Assembly (NCBI GenBank): GCA_964397995.1 | Contig: CAYNLG010000002.1 | Location: 34,444 to 98,443 of the forward strand | DNA from: an uncultured Anaerolineales bacterium | Lineage (GTDB): Bacteria; Planctomycetota; Phycisphaerae; FEN-1346 | Length of the DNA: 64,000 nt | Reading direction: 5' to 3' | In this document: positions 1-9,545 of the stretch, piece by piece | How positions within the stretch are numbered: position 1 is the first letter of the stretch | Layout: the number at the start of each line of letters is the position of its first letter | The notes under the pieces: generated by a model | Databases searched by the model: none | Told to the model about the DNA's origin: nothing | What the model saw: only the letters and a program-made list of their open reading frames with translations | Program-made: the position numbers and the translations under genes

Positions 1-873
1 CTCCCCGGCTACGAGACCGACTGCCTGACCGACCTCATGATCGACTTCATCCGCCGCATGGGCATGCAGCGCGGCACGGCGGAGGCCAAGCCGTTCTTCG
101 CGGCCCTCTCGGTCCAGCCGCCGCACGACCCGTACCTGGCCCCGGCCGAGTACATGGCCCGCCACACCCCGGCGGGGCTCCGCATGCGCCCGAACGTGCC
201 GCCCGTCGACCGGGTGAGGGAGCAGGCGCGGCGTGAGCTGGCGGGGTACTACGCCCAGATCGAGAATCTGGACTGGAACGTGGGGCGGCTGCGGGGGGCC
301 CTGGACGAGGCCGGCCTCGCCCACGACACATACATCGTCTTCTTCTCCGACCACGGCGACCAGCACGGCTCACACGGCCAGTTCCGGAAGATGACGCCGT
401 ACGAGGAGGCCCTCCGCGTGCCCTTCGTGGTCGCGGGCGGCGAGAGCCTGTACGCCTGCCGGCGCGGGCGGCCGGACGTGCCGCTCAACCACGTCGACAT
501 CGCCCCGACCACGCTGGGCCTCTGCGGCCTGGACGTGCCGGACTGGATGCAGGGCACGGACTACTCGGCCCTCTACTTCCGCGGGGCCGACGTCCCGGAC
601 CTGCCCGACTCGGCCTACCTCCAGTCGGTCGTCCCGACGATGCACGGCAACAGCATGGACCGGCCGTGGCGGGGCCTCGTCACGCGCGACGGCTGGAAGT
701 ACGTCTGCCTGGAGCACCAGCCGCTGTACCTGTTCAACCTGAACGAGGACCCGTACGAGCTGGCGAACCTGGCCCACAACATGCGATACCGGGTCGAGCG
801 GAAGCGGCTGCACGACCGGCTCGCCCGCTGGGTCCGCGACACCGACGACGCGTTCGTCCTGCCCGAACTCTAG
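1..873 (+). CDS. Sulfatase (arylsulfatase family), 5' end outside the window
   Basis: The frame is open from nt 1. The C-terminal half carries sulfatase motifs (FFSDHGDQHGSHG, DIAPTTLGLCGLDVPDW). Stop at 871-873. Confidence 0.8.
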   Translation, partial: LPGYETDCLTDLMIDFIRRMGMQRGTAEAKPFFAALSVQPPHDPYLAPAEYMARHTPAGLRMRPNVPPVDRVREQARRELAGYYAQIENLDWNVGRLRGALDEAGLAHDTYIVFFSDHGDQHGSHGQFRKMTPYEEALRVPFVVAGGESLYACRRGRPDVPLNHVDIAPTTLGLCGLDVPDWMQGTDYSALYFRGADVPDLPDSAYLQSVVPTMHGNSMDRPWRGLVTRDGWKYVCLEHQPLYLFNLNEDPYELANLAHNMRYRVERKRLHDRLARWVRDTDDAFVLPEL

Positions 874-882
874 GCCGCCGCC

Positions 883-1335
883 GTGGCGACGCTCCGCGTC
901 CTCATCATGGCCATGACGCTGCTGATGGGCGCCATCGGCACCGGCCGGATCGGGCCCAACCGGTCCGCCGTCCGCGAGGCCTTCGCCCTCTCCGAGACGG
1001 GCTACGCCGGCGGCATCGCGGTCATCCAGATCGGCGTCGCCCTGGCCGTCATGGCCCTCTGCCTGTTCGTCATGGGCGGCCTCTTCAGCTCGACCTGGCC
1101 CTCGTTCTACGCCCAGGCGGCCGTGTGGCTGAGGGACCACCGCGACGTCCTGCCCTGCGCCTCGGGGCTCGGCAACGTCCTCGGCATCTCGCTCTGCGTC
1201 TTCGCCGCCGGGGTGATCGCCGACCGGAGCATGACGGCGGCCCTGGTGTTCGGCCCGTGCGTCCTCGGGGCGTTCGGCCTGCTCTACCTGGGGCGGGGCC
1301 TCTATGGCCGGGCGCGGGGGGAGGCGGCCGCGTGA
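883..1335 (+). CDS. Mini-MFS: in-frame internally deleted paralog of the downstream MFS transporter, retaining TM1 plus TM11-12 (possible recent pseudogene)
   Basis: The 150-aa ORF aligns at its N-terminus to the first ~55 aa and at its C-terminus to the last ~85 aa of the adjacent MFS protein. Example: LIMAMTLLMGAIGTGRIGPNRSAVREAFALSETGY against LIMAWMLLVGAIRSGLLGPNRLAIREAYGLSETDF; FSSTWPSFYAQAA against FSTSWPTFYARAA. Its TGA overlaps the downstream GTG (GTGA). Confidence 0.45.
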   Translation: MATLRVLIMAMTLLMGAIGTGRIGPNRSAVREAFALSETGYAGGIAVIQIGVALAVMALCLFVMGGLFSSTWPSFYAQAAVWLRDHRDVLPCASGLGNVLGISLCVFAAGVIADRSMTAALVFGPCVLGAFGLLYLGRGLYGRARGEAAA

Positions 1336-1355
1336 GAGCTCTCCGCTTCCTCATC

Positions 1356-2507
1356 ATGGCGTGGATGCTGCTGGTGGGGGCGATCCGCTCCGGCCTCCTC
1401 GGACCGAATCGCCTCGCCATCCGCGAGGCCTACGGCCTCTCGGAAACCGACTTCGGCGCCGCCGTCGCGATCGTCCAGGTGGCCGCCAGCATGCTGGTGC
1501 TCCTGGCGGCGCGGCGGTACCGGGACGCGCGGCCGGTGCGGGTGATGATGCTCGCGCTCGGGGCGGCGGCGGCGGGCTTTGCCGCCATCGCCCTGGTGCC
1601 CGGCGTCTGGGCCTTCGTCGGCGGCTGGGCCCTGGTCATGAGCGGTTTCGTCCTCGGCGCCGTCTCCAACAACATCTCGATGGACGTCTGGCGGGACGAC
1701 CCGCGGCGCGGCGTGGCGGTGATCCACACGTTCAACAGTGGCGGCAAGATTGCCGGCACCCTCGTCTCGGCCGTCTGGGTCGCCACGCGCTGGCGCCTCA
1801 GCTTCGCCAGCATGGGCCTGGCCTGCCTGGCGGTGCTGGGCCTGTTTCTGCTGATGAGACGGACGGGCGACCGCCCCGCGGCGAGAGGCGCGCCCGCGCC
1901 AGCGCCCGCCCGCACGCCCGATCGTCGCGTCCTCCGCCGGCCGCTCTACTGGCTCGTCCTCGCCTGCTTCGGCCTCGTCTCGGGCGGCGAGGTCGTCGTC
2001 GCCACCCTCGTCCCGGAGTACTTCGTGCTGGTGCGCGGCACGACGGAGACGACCGGGACGCTGATGCTGCTCGTCCACCTGGCGGGCCTGCTGGCGGGGC
2101 GGCTGCTGATGATCGGCCGGGGGCGCCGGCTGGGCTCGGGCGCCCTGATCGGCCTGAGCCTGGCCGCCGGCGTCTTCGCGGTGCCGCTGCTCGCGGTCGC
2201 CCACTCCGCCGTCGGGGCCGTCAGCCTCTTCGGCCTCGGCTTCATGTTCTCGACGAGCTGGCCGACGTTCTACGCGCGGGCAGCGCGGCACATGGCGCGC
2301 GACCGCGACATGCTCGCCTACGGGAGCTACCTCGGGTCGAACCTGGGCGTGGCCCTCTGCATCCTCGTAAGCAGCCGCCTGGCCGACGCCAGCCTGACGT
2401 GGGCGGTGGCCTTCGGGCCGGCCGTGATGGCCCTGTTCGGGCTTGTCTACGCCCTCAGCCCGCTGGCCCGCCTTCCGCGCGACGCCCCCGACGCCGGCCC
2501 CGCCTGA
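1356..2507 (+). CDS. MFS transporter (12-TM type); an alternative GTG start at 1332 overlaps the upstream stop
   Basis: Hydrophobic segments repeat along the 383-aa product, which has the overall MFS topology. It is full length relative to the mini paralog upstream. Confidence 0.75.
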   Translation: MAWMLLVGAIRSGLLGPNRLAIREAYGLSETDFGAAVAIVQVAASMLVLLAARRYRDARPVRVMMLALGAAAAGFAAIALVPGVWAFVGGWALVMSGFVLGAVSNNISMDVWRDDPRRGVAVIHTFNSGGKIAGTLVSAVWVATRWRLSFASMGLACLAVLGLFLLMRRTGDRPAARGAPAPAPARTPDRRVLRRPLYWLVLACFGLVSGGEVVVATLVPEYFVLVRGTTETTGTLMLLVHLAGLLAGRLLMIGRGRRLGSGALIGLSLAAGVFAVPLLAVAHSAVGAVSLFGLGFMFSTSWPTFYARAARHMARDRDMLAYGSYLGSNLGVALCILVSSRLADASLTWAVAFGPAVMALFGLVYALSPLARLPRDAPDAGPA

Positions 2508-2599
2508 GCCGCGCCCGTTTCCGCTGGCGACCCGCGGCCGCGCCCACTAGAATGCCCGCGCCGCACACCGACCCGTCCGCCCGGAGGGAGCCGAGCCTG

Positions 2600-3883
2600 A
2601 TGAAGATCCTGATCGTCGGCGGCGGGGGCCGCGAGCATGCCCTCGCCTGGAAGCTTGCCCAGAGCCCGCACTGCAGGGAAATCGTGGCCGCCCCCGGCAA
2701 CCCCGGCATCGCCCGGGTCGGCCGGTGCGTGGAGGTCGGGGCCGAGGTGGTCGACGACCTGGTGGCGCTGGCCCGCGAGGAGCAGCCCGGCCTGACGGTC
2801 ATCGGCCCGGAGGCGCCGCTGGCGGCGGGCTTGGCCGACCGGCTGCGCGCCGAGGGGCTCCGCGTCTTCGGCCCCGGCAGGGAGGCCGCGCGCGTCGAAG
2901 GTTCCAAGGCCTGGTCCAAGGCCGTCATGAAGCACCACGGCGTGCCGACGGCGGACTTCCACGCGTTCGACGACCTGGCCGAGGCCCTCCACTACATCGA
3001 CACCCACGAGGAACCGCTCGTCGTCAAGGCCTCCGGCCTGGCCGCCGGCAAGGGCGTCTTCGTCTGCCGCGACCAGGACGAGGCCCGCGCCGCCGTCAAG
3101 ACGATCATGGAGGAGCGGGCGTTCGGCGCGGCCGGGGACACGGTCGTCATCGAGGAACAACTCAAGGGCGAGGAGGCGTCCATCCTCGCGCTCGTCGACG
3201 CCTCGGCCATCTACCTGCTGGAGTCGAGCCAGGACCACAAGCCGGTCTTCGACGACGACGAGGGCCCGAACACCGGCGGCATGGGCGCCTACAGCCCCGC
3301 CCCCGTCGTCACGCCGCGCATCGAGGCCCTCATCGAACGCGACGTCCTCGTCCCGATGATCCACGGGATGAAGACCGAAGGCGCCCCGTACCAGGGCCTG
3401 CTCTACGCGGGGCTGATGATCACCGCGGGCGGCCCGAAGGTGCTGGAGTTCAACTGCCGCTTCGGCGACCCCGAGGCCCAGCCGCTCCTGGTGCGCCTCA
3501 AGAGCGACCTGGTGGAGGTCCTGGAGGCCGTCATCGACGACCGCCTCGACCAGGTGACGCTGGAGTGGGACCCGCGGCCGGCGGTCTGCGTCGTCATGGC
3601 CTCCGGCGGGTACCCCGGGCCGTACGAGACGGGCAAGGCCATCACGGGCGTGGACGAGGCGGAGGCCAACGGCGACGTCGTCGTCTTCCACGCCGGCACC
3701 CGGGCCGAGGATGGGCACCTCTATACCGATGGCGGCCGCGTCCTCGGCGTCACGGCCCTGGCCGACACCATCGCGGCGGCGCGCGACCGGGCGTACGAAG
3801 CGGTGCGGAAGATCCGCTTCTACCGCGCCCACTGGCGGACCGACATCGGCGCCAAGGCCATCCGCCGCCTCGAACGCACCTGA
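2600..3883 (+). CDS. purD: Phosphoribosylamine--glycine ligase (GAR synthetase)
   Basis: MKILIVGGGGREHALAWKLAQS at the N-terminus, the ATP-grasp core, and a 427-aa length typical of PurD. Confidence 0.92.
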   Translation: MKILIVGGGGREHALAWKLAQSPHCREIVAAPGNPGIARVGRCVEVGAEVVDDLVALAREEQPGLTVIGPEAPLAAGLADRLRAEGLRVFGPGREAARVEGSKAWSKAVMKHHGVPTADFHAFDDLAEALHYIDTHEEPLVVKASGLAAGKGVFVCRDQDEARAAVKTIMEERAFGAAGDTVVIEEQLKGEEASILALVDASAIYLLESSQDHKPVFDDDEGPNTGGMGAYSPAPVVTPRIEALIERDVLVPMIHGMKTEGAPYQGLLYAGLMITAGGPKVLEFNCRFGDPEAQPLLVRLKSDLVEVLEAVIDDRLDQVTLEWDPRPAVCVVMASGGYPGPYETGKAITGVDEAEANGDVVVFHAGTRAEDGHLYTDGGRVLGVTALADTIAAARDRAYEAVRKIRFYRAHWRTDIGAKAIRRLERT

Positions 3884-3954
3884 CGGGGCCGCGGGCGGCG
3901 TCCGAATGCGCGGCGGGGGTCGGGCGTCGGAAGAGACGCACGAAGGAGGTCCCC

Positions 3955-5202
3955 ATGCGACGGACGACGGCCATCCTGCTCGCGGCAGCGGTCGTGCTTG
4001 CGGGCGCGGCACCGGGGGCGCGCGCGGCCGCGCGAAGCCCCTTCGGCCGCCTCCCTCCCGGCTGGACCGTGACGAACGTCGTCACCGCCCCGCCGCAGCA
4101 GGTCGCCCAGATCGCCCGCAACCTCGGCGGCGAGGTCGTCGGCGTCGTCAACGCCTGGGTCAAGCACGACGGCCGCCAGGTCCAGGTCAACCTCATCCAG
4201 TGCCGCGCGGGCGCCGAGACGGTCCTGGAGGCCGTCCGGAAGGCCCACGGCGGCAACCCCGCCTACGCCCTGCTCAAGGGGCAGACCGTCTACGAGTTCT
4301 GCGGCGCGGGCTACCCGATGGTCATCGAGGCCCAGTATGCCCTGGGCCTGAAACCCACGACCGTGACGTACAAGGTGCGCTTCGAGGCGGCGCCGCTGGC
4401 GGGCGGCGACTACATGAAGTTCAACCCGCTCTTCAACCGGATGCTCGAGTGGCAGGCGGCCCCGGACGACGCGGCCCGGCTCGACGCCGTGGCCGCCCTC
4501 CGCGAGGCCTTTACCTTCGGCGACACCCTCACCCTCCGCGCGACCGGCCAGGGCACCCGCCGCTCGCTCTACACATTCGACCCGGCGCCGGCGTCGCGGG
4601 CCGGCCCGGAGGACGGCCTCCTCGCGTGCACGTTCGCGGACCTGCCCCGGCTGGCCGACATGCCGCGCGTCACGGTCACCGCGACCATCACGAGCGAGGC
4701 GTTCGGGACGGTGCGGACGCGGCGGCGACCGGGGCCGGCGCTGCTCGGGCCGACGCCGTTCTGGCCCGTCGAGGCCGAGCGCGTCGCCACCCTGGCCGCC
4801 CAAGTGACCGAGGGCTGCACCGGCGACGAGGCCAAGGTCCAGGCGCTGCTCGCGTATCTCGTGCCGGGCCGCACCTACCGCGTCGGCGGGCCGACCGGGT
4901 CGCGCCATGGGGTGCTCACGTTCCTCGACCGGCGGACGGGCCACTGCTGGGACTTCGCGGACCTCTTCATCACGCTCGCCCGGGCCTCGGGCGTGCCGGC
5001 GCGCCAGGTGGCCGGCTGGCTCCAGGGCCAGAGCGGCCACATCTGGGCCGAGGTCCTCGTCGGCGGCGCGTGGCGCCAGGTCGACCCGACGGGCGGCACG
5101 GGCTGCACCAGCGACTATGTCCCGTGGTTCACCTCCGAAACGGGCGAGATGGCCGCGGTGTACCTGGCGATGCCCGAGATCGAGGTCATCCAGACGCGTT
5201 GA
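3955..5202 (+). CDS. Secreted transglutaminase-like domain protein
   Basis: An SD sequence GAAGGAGGT lies 5 nt upstream. There is an N-terminal signal peptide (MRRTTAILLAAAVVLAGAAPGARA). The C-terminal transglutaminase core Cys/His segment reads GHCWDFADLFITLARASGVPARQVAGW...HIWAEVLVGGAWRQVDPT. Confidence 0.75.
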   Translation: MRRTTAILLAAAVVLAGAAPGARAAARSPFGRLPPGWTVTNVVTAPPQQVAQIARNLGGEVVGVVNAWVKHDGRQVQVNLIQCRAGAETVLEAVRKAHGGNPAYALLKGQTVYEFCGAGYPMVIEAQYALGLKPTTVTYKVRFEAAPLAGGDYMKFNPLFNRMLEWQAAPDDAARLDAVAALREAFTFGDTLTLRATGQGTRRSLYTFDPAPASRAGPEDGLLACTFADLPRLADMPRVTVTATITSEAFGTVRTRRRPGPALLGPTPFWPVEAERVATLAAQVTEGCTGDEAKVQALLAYLVPGRTYRVGGPTGSRHGVLTFLDRRTGHCWDFADLFITLARASGVPARQVAGWLQGQSGHIWAEVLVGGAWRQVDPTGGTGCTSDYVPWFTSETGEMAAVYLAMPEIEVIQTR

Positions 5203-5353
5203 CGGGCGTGCGGCCCCCTCTCGCGGGCGCATTCACGTAGAAACGCGCCTTGACGGACATCCCGAACGGCGCCATACTGCCTGTGGTGGGGCGGACCAAA
5301 CGCAGGTGGTGGCTGTGAGTTCACACGTCAGCGTGCCCCTCCGGCAACCGGGC

Positions 5354-6457
5354 GTGCGCCCGAAGTGCGCCCGCCGGGGGTTCAACCTGGTCGAACTGCT
5401 GATCGTCATCGCCATCCTAGCCATTCTGCTGGCCTTGGTGGGCATGGGGGTCGTGGGTCCGGTCCACGACCGCTACGACACCATGCACTGCCAGTGGAAT
5501 ATGAATCACATCTACAAGGCCCTTCAGGTCAACGAGGAGGCGTCCCTCCCCGACCCGGACGCCTGGATTTCCGAGGTCATCAAGAACGAGGCCCAGGACT
5601 GCCTGCGGTGCCCGCGGGGGATGTTCAGCGGCGACGAGGGGTACCTGAGCGGTAGCGGCATGGACTGCCAAGGGATCGTCGAGATCGACCCGCCGCCCTC
5701 GGTCGTCTTCAACACCCTGGAGAGCAACCACTACATCATGGCGTTCGCGGAGCGGGAGAACTACAAGCTGCCGTCGGCCATCTCGGTCGATATCTCCGTC
5801 CCCGGCCGGTACACCGGCAACGCCAAGTCGGAGGCCAGCATCGCCGCCGGCACGATCATCAACTGCTACTTTCTGTACTTCGATCCCGTCGGTCAGCAAA
5901 GTGCCACCTCGGCTGGCCAGATCGAGTTCAACGGCCGCATCATCGGCATCATCTGCCACGACTCCACCCTCGACAACACCGACGGCACCCTCGGGGCCCA
6001 GAACGTGAGCTACCCGACCGGCCAGAACAGCCGCGGCTTCGAGGGCGTCGAGGACATCTCCCTTCAGCCCGACCAGAAGACCCTGACCATCAACCACTTC
6101 CACTCGACGTTCCCCGGCGAGAACGTCCGGGTCATCACGGTGGGCAAGAAGGGCGGCGGGGCGGCCAGCTACGGGATCAACAACCAGATCGACGACGGCA
6201 CCACCTGGCCGGGCCAGATTCTGCTCGTCGAGTACGAGCAGGCCATCGCCGACTACGACGGCCAGGACGAGGACGACGACTGGCTCGACCGGATCGCCCC
6301 GCGGCACAACGACCGCATGAACGTGCTGACCGTCGAGGGCGCCTGCCGCACCGTCGACCCCGACGACATCCACCCGCACCGCCACCCGGCGCTGTGGGCT
6401 CCGCGGCACGTCGGGCTGCACGGCGCCGGCAGCGGCGGCTCGTCGCAGCAGCCCTGA
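5354..6457 (+). CDS. Prepilin-type N-terminal cleavage/methylation domain protein (DUF1559-like, H-X9-DG family variant)
   Basis: The N-terminus RRGFNLVELLIVIAILAILLAL is the type IV pilin/pseudopilin class III signal. A C-terminal HNDRMNVLTVEG matches H-X9-(D/E)G. The start could instead be GTG 5333. Confidence 0.7.
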   Translation: MRPKCARRGFNLVELLIVIAILAILLALVGMGVVGPVHDRYDTMHCQWNMNHIYKALQVNEEASLPDPDAWISEVIKNEAQDCLRCPRGMFSGDEGYLSGSGMDCQGIVEIDPPPSVVFNTLESNHYIMAFAERENYKLPSAISVDISVPGRYTGNAKSEASIAAGTIINCYFLYFDPVGQQSATSAGQIEFNGRIIGIICHDSTLDNTDGTLGAQNVSYPTGQNSRGFEGVEDISLQPDQKTLTINHFHSTFPGENVRVITVGKKGGGAASYGINNQIDDGTTWPGQILLVEYEQAIADYDGQDEDDDWLDRIAPRHNDRMNVLTVEGACRTVDPDDIHPHRHPALWAPRHVGLHGAGSGGSSQQP

Positions 6458-6473
6458 GCGGACCGCCCCCCTC

Positions 6474-7610
6474 TCACGTCCGGGCGGGCGTCAGCGCGTC
6501 CAGCAGCGCCTGGTTGGTGGGATACGAGTCCAGGGCCCCGAGCAGGGCCTCCAGCGCCTCGGCCGGACGTTCGCCCGCCAGGCGGCGGCGAATCGCGTAC
6601 CGCTTCTTGATCTCGTCCTCGGTGACGAAGCGCTCTTCCTTGCGGGTGCCGGAGGCGGCCACGTCGATGGCCGGGTAGAGCCGCTTCTCGGCCAGGTCGC
6701 GGCTGAGGACGCACTCCATGTTGCCGGTGCCCTTGAACTCCTGGAAGATGAGTTCGTCCATGCGGCTTCCGGTGTCGATGAGGCAGGTGGCGACGACAGT
6801 CAGGCTCCCGCCGTCCTCGAAGTTCCGGGCCGCCCCGAAGAGGCGTTTCGGTTCCTCCAAGGCGCGGATGTCGAGGCCGCCGGAGAGGGTGCGGCCGCTG
6901 GAGGGCTGGGCCTTGTTGAAGGCCCGCCCGACCCGCGTCAGGCTATCCATGAAGATGACGACGTCCTGCCCCGCCTCGGTTAGCGCCTTGGCCTGGGCAA
7001 ACGCCAGCCGCGCCAGACGCAGGTGCTGCTGCACCTCCTGGTCGTTGGAGGAGGCGATGACGGTGGCCTCGGTGGCGCGGCGGAAGTGGGTGACCTCCTC
7101 GGGGCGCTCGTCCACGAGGACCATCATGGCCCGGACCTCGGGGTAGTTCGTCGTCACCGCCTGGGCCATGTGCTCCAGCAGCGTCGTCTTGCCGGCCCGG
7201 GGCGGCGAGACGATCAGCCCGCGCTGCCCCTTGCCGATCGGCGCCACCAGGTCCAGGACGCGGGTGGTCTTGCGGCTGGCGACGGTCTCGAGCCAGAGCG
7301 CCTCGTCCGGGTCGATGGCGATCTGCTGGTCGAACGGCGTGACGTCGGCATAGGCGTCGGGCGCCATGCCGCACACGGTCGTCACCTCCGCCAGCTGCAG
7401 CCCCCGGCCGCGCTTGTCCTTCTTGGTCGGGCCCTCCAGCTCGACGCCTTCCTTGAGCCGGTGCCGCTTGACCAGCCCCGGCGGCACAAAGATGTCTTGC
7501 TTCGTCGCGCGGTACGCCCGCTCCGGGTCGCGCAGGAAGCCGTATCCGCGGTCGTGGAGTTCGAGCACGCCGCGGGCGGGCTCGGACGACGGCTGTGCAG
7601 CCTTGGCCAT
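6474..7610 (-). CDS. rho: Transcription termination factor Rho (start at MAKAAQ; the listed ORF extends to 7721)
   Basis: RNA-binding OB region (GVLELHDRGYGFLR), Walker A (GLIVSPPRAGKTTLL), and Q/R loops. Aligns to E. coli Rho from about residue 50 onward. Confidence 0.9.
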   Translation of the reverse strand: MAKAAQPSSEPARGVLELHDRGYGFLRDPERAYRATKQDIFVPPGLVKRHRLKEGVELEGPTKKDKRGRGLQLAEVTTVCGMAPDAYADVTPFDQQIAIDPDEALWLETVASRKTTRVLDLVAPIGKGQRGLIVSPPRAGKTTLLEHMAQAVTTNYPEVRAMMVLVDERPEEVTHFRRATEATVIASSNDQEVQQHLRLARLAFAQAKALTEAGQDVVIFMDSLTRVGRAFNKAQPSSGRTLSGGLDIRALEEPKRLFGAARNFEDGGSLTVVATCLIDTGSRMDELIFQEFKGTGNMECVLSRDLAEKRLYPAIDVAASGTRKEERFVTEDEIKKRYAIRRRLAGERPAEALEALLGALDSYPTNQALLDALTPART

Positions 7611-7731
7611 GGCACCTCCATGCGTGGCCGCAGGGCGGCCGCGTCGGGAAGGGGAAACACTGACGAAAGAAGCCTCTCGGCACCCTCTAGGATAAGCGCC
7701 ACGGCTCCGATGTCCACCCAAAAACCGGTTC

Positions 7732-9072
7732 TTACGGTGTGACCGCGGGCTCGCCGGGCACGGGCGGCTCCGGCGCCGGGCCCTCGTCGGTCGCTTGGTC
7801 GGCGGGCTCCGGCGGGGGCGCGGCCTTCGGGTCGCCCTTGAAGATCGCCCACGGCACCGGCACCGGCAGCGGGACCCCGAGAGGGTTCGCCCCCTGCGGC
7901 TTCGCCTTCAGGTCGAACCGCCGCAGCCGCCCGCCGAGCGCCGCCGACGCCACGTGCTGCCGCACGAACTCCATCGCGGGGGCCTTGTACTGCCGGAACG
8001 CCGCATCGGCCGTCGAGCCCCCCGGCCCGCGGCCCACCAGGATGAAGTGGTTCGGCGCCAGGTTCACGTAGTCGTCCAGGTCGTCGTCCGGCACGGGGTC
8101 GCCGAAGAGGTTGTAGGCCAGCAGGGCGCGCGGCACACGGATGTTGAGCATCTTGAAGGCCCGCTCGGCCCGGGCGCGGTCTGCCAGGTCGCGGATCGCC
8201 TCGAGGGCGTCGAACTGCTCCGGCGCGGTGAAGCGCGGCAAGCTGACGAAGCCGGCCACGCTGGCGCCGACGTGCGGGCGGCGGACGAGCGTCCCGCTCG
8301 CCAGCAGCTTCAGCGGCGCCACCTCCTTGCCCGCCGGGGCCGCGTACGCCGCGCGGTCCCCGAAGTGCGTGTCCCGCGGGTTCACGAAGTTGATGAACCG
8401 CCCGCGGATCGGCTCGAACGGTGCCGGGTCCTCGCAGTCCATGCTCGAGCCCAGGAAGGCGACGTGGTCGACGCGCGCGAGCAGCGCCGGGGCCGCCCGC
8501 GTCCCCGGGGGCAGGTCGCCGAGGAACGCCAGCTGGACCGCCCGGGTCCCCGCGCTGAAACCGACCAGGGCGACGTGCCCCGCCCCCCCGTGCCGCCGCC
8601 GATGCACGTCGAGCATCGCCAGGAGCCGCGCCGCCCCCTTCTGCTGGCCGGCGAGGTTGAGGTGCTCGGCCACGACGTTTGACGATTCGCTCCACTTCAG
8701 GAGCAGGACGGCGAGCCGGTGCGGGTCGCCCGGGAAGCCGTGCGGGCTCTCGGCCAGCAGCCGGGCCGTCCAGCGGAAGGCCTCGACGGTGTCGGCGGAG
8801 CCCTCGGCGAAGATCAGCAGGTTCGTATCGTCGACCGGCTGGTCGGCGGGCAGGTCCACGTCCTGCACGGCCGCGTGCCGCCCTTCCACCGTCCCGCGGA
8901 CGACGAACGCCGGCGTGCCGTAGACGGCGCGGACGCGTTCGGGCGTGAGGGCCCCCTCGACGTCCGCCGGGGGGGCGATGACGACGGCGGCCCCGTCGCG
9001 TTTCGGCTGGCATCCGGCCGCGGCCGCCAACACGACGGCCGCCCCCATCCAGAGACTCCTGCGGCGCAGCAT
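7732..9072 (-). CDS. Lipoprotein with alpha/beta-hydrolase fold (GFSAG nucleophile elbow)
   Basis: Signal peptide plus lipobox-like MLRRRSLWMGAAVVLAAAAGC. A GxSxG motif (HVALVGFSAGTRA). The P/E-rich C-terminal tail looks like a linker. Confidence 0.55.
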   Translation of the reverse strand: MLRRRSLWMGAAVVLAAAAGCQPKRDGAAVVIAPPADVEGALTPERVRAVYGTPAFVVRGTVEGRHAAVQDVDLPADQPVDDTNLLIFAEGSADTVEAFRWTARLLAESPHGFPGDPHRLAVLLLKWSESSNVVAEHLNLAGQQKGAARLLAMLDVHRRRHGGAGHVALVGFSAGTRAVQLAFLGDLPPGTRAAPALLARVDHVAFLGSSMDCEDPAPFEPIRGRFINFVNPRDTHFGDRAAYAAPAGKEVAPLKLLASGTLVRRPHVGASVAGFVSLPRFTAPEQFDALEAIRDLADRARAERAFKMLNIRVPRALLAYNLFGDPVPDDDLDDYVNLAPNHFILVGRGPGGSTADAAFRQYKAPAMEFVRQHVASAALGGRLRRFDLKAKPQGANPLGVPLPVPVPWAIFKGDPKAAPPPEPADQATDEGPAPEPPVPGEPAVTP

Positions 9073-9192
9073 CGCGGTTCCTCTCACGGGCCCGTTCGGC
9101 CGATTGTACCGCCCGGGCCGCCCAAGGCAAGCCGAGACCCGCGGCCGCCGTGCGGGTTCAAGGGAAGAGCCCCGTACCCGGAGGAACCGCCC

Positions 9193-9516
9193 ATGGTCCG
9201 CCGTCTCGTCTTCCTGGTCGCCCTCGGCCTCGTGGCCGCCTCCGTCGCCCAGGCCGCCGAGGAGGGCGGCCCGTGGCAGCCCTGCGGCGAGCTGCCGACC
9301 GGGGGCCCGGCCGCGCGGGCCGCGTCCGCCCCGGCCGACCCGGCCAAGCAGTCGCTCCGCGTCAAGAACCTGACCCGCCGCTTGGACTACGCCAAGACCC
9401 TTATCGAGCAGAACCAGGTCCGACGCGCCAAGCTCATGCTCCACGACATCGCCACCAACCACGGCGACACCGAACCCGGCCGCGAGGCCGCCACGCTCCT
9501 CGAAACGCTTACGTGA
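9193..9516 (+). CDS. Small secreted protein (108 aa) consisting of a signal peptide, a short linker and a C-terminal module that is repeated in the downstream enzyme
   Basis: Signal peptide MVRRLVFLVALGLVAASVAQA. The C-terminal ~50 aa (LRVKNLTRRLDYAKTLIEQNQVRRAKLMLHDIATNHGDTEPGREAATLLETLT) is ~90% identical to the C-terminus of the 9546..11519 product. Confidence 0.55.
   Translation: MVRRLVFLVALGLVAASVAQAAEEGGPWQPCGELPTGGPAARAASAPADPAKQSLRVKNLTRRLDYAKTLIEQNQVRRAKLMLHDIATNHGDTEPGREAATLLETLT
9358..9516 (+). repeat. Copy 1 of a ~160-bp duplicated coding segment (C-terminal module); copy 2 is at 11358..11519
   Basis: The two segments are ~90% identical at the nucleotide level. One 66-nt run is identical: gccaagctcatgctccacgacatcgccaccaaccacggcgacaccgaacccggccgcgaggccgcc. 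Confidence 0.8.
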
Positions 9517-9545
9517 CCCCGAACCCGTCCGACTGGAGGCATCGC

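Noticed and set aside
1302-4012. Long minus-strand ORFs (1302-2291, 2447-4012) and the 859-aa plus-strand ORF starting at 1304
   Set aside because: Only the 2600-3883 portion of the plus-strand frame is PurD-like. The upstream part and the antisense ORFs are R/G/P-rich artefacts that overlap the MFS gene read in another frame.
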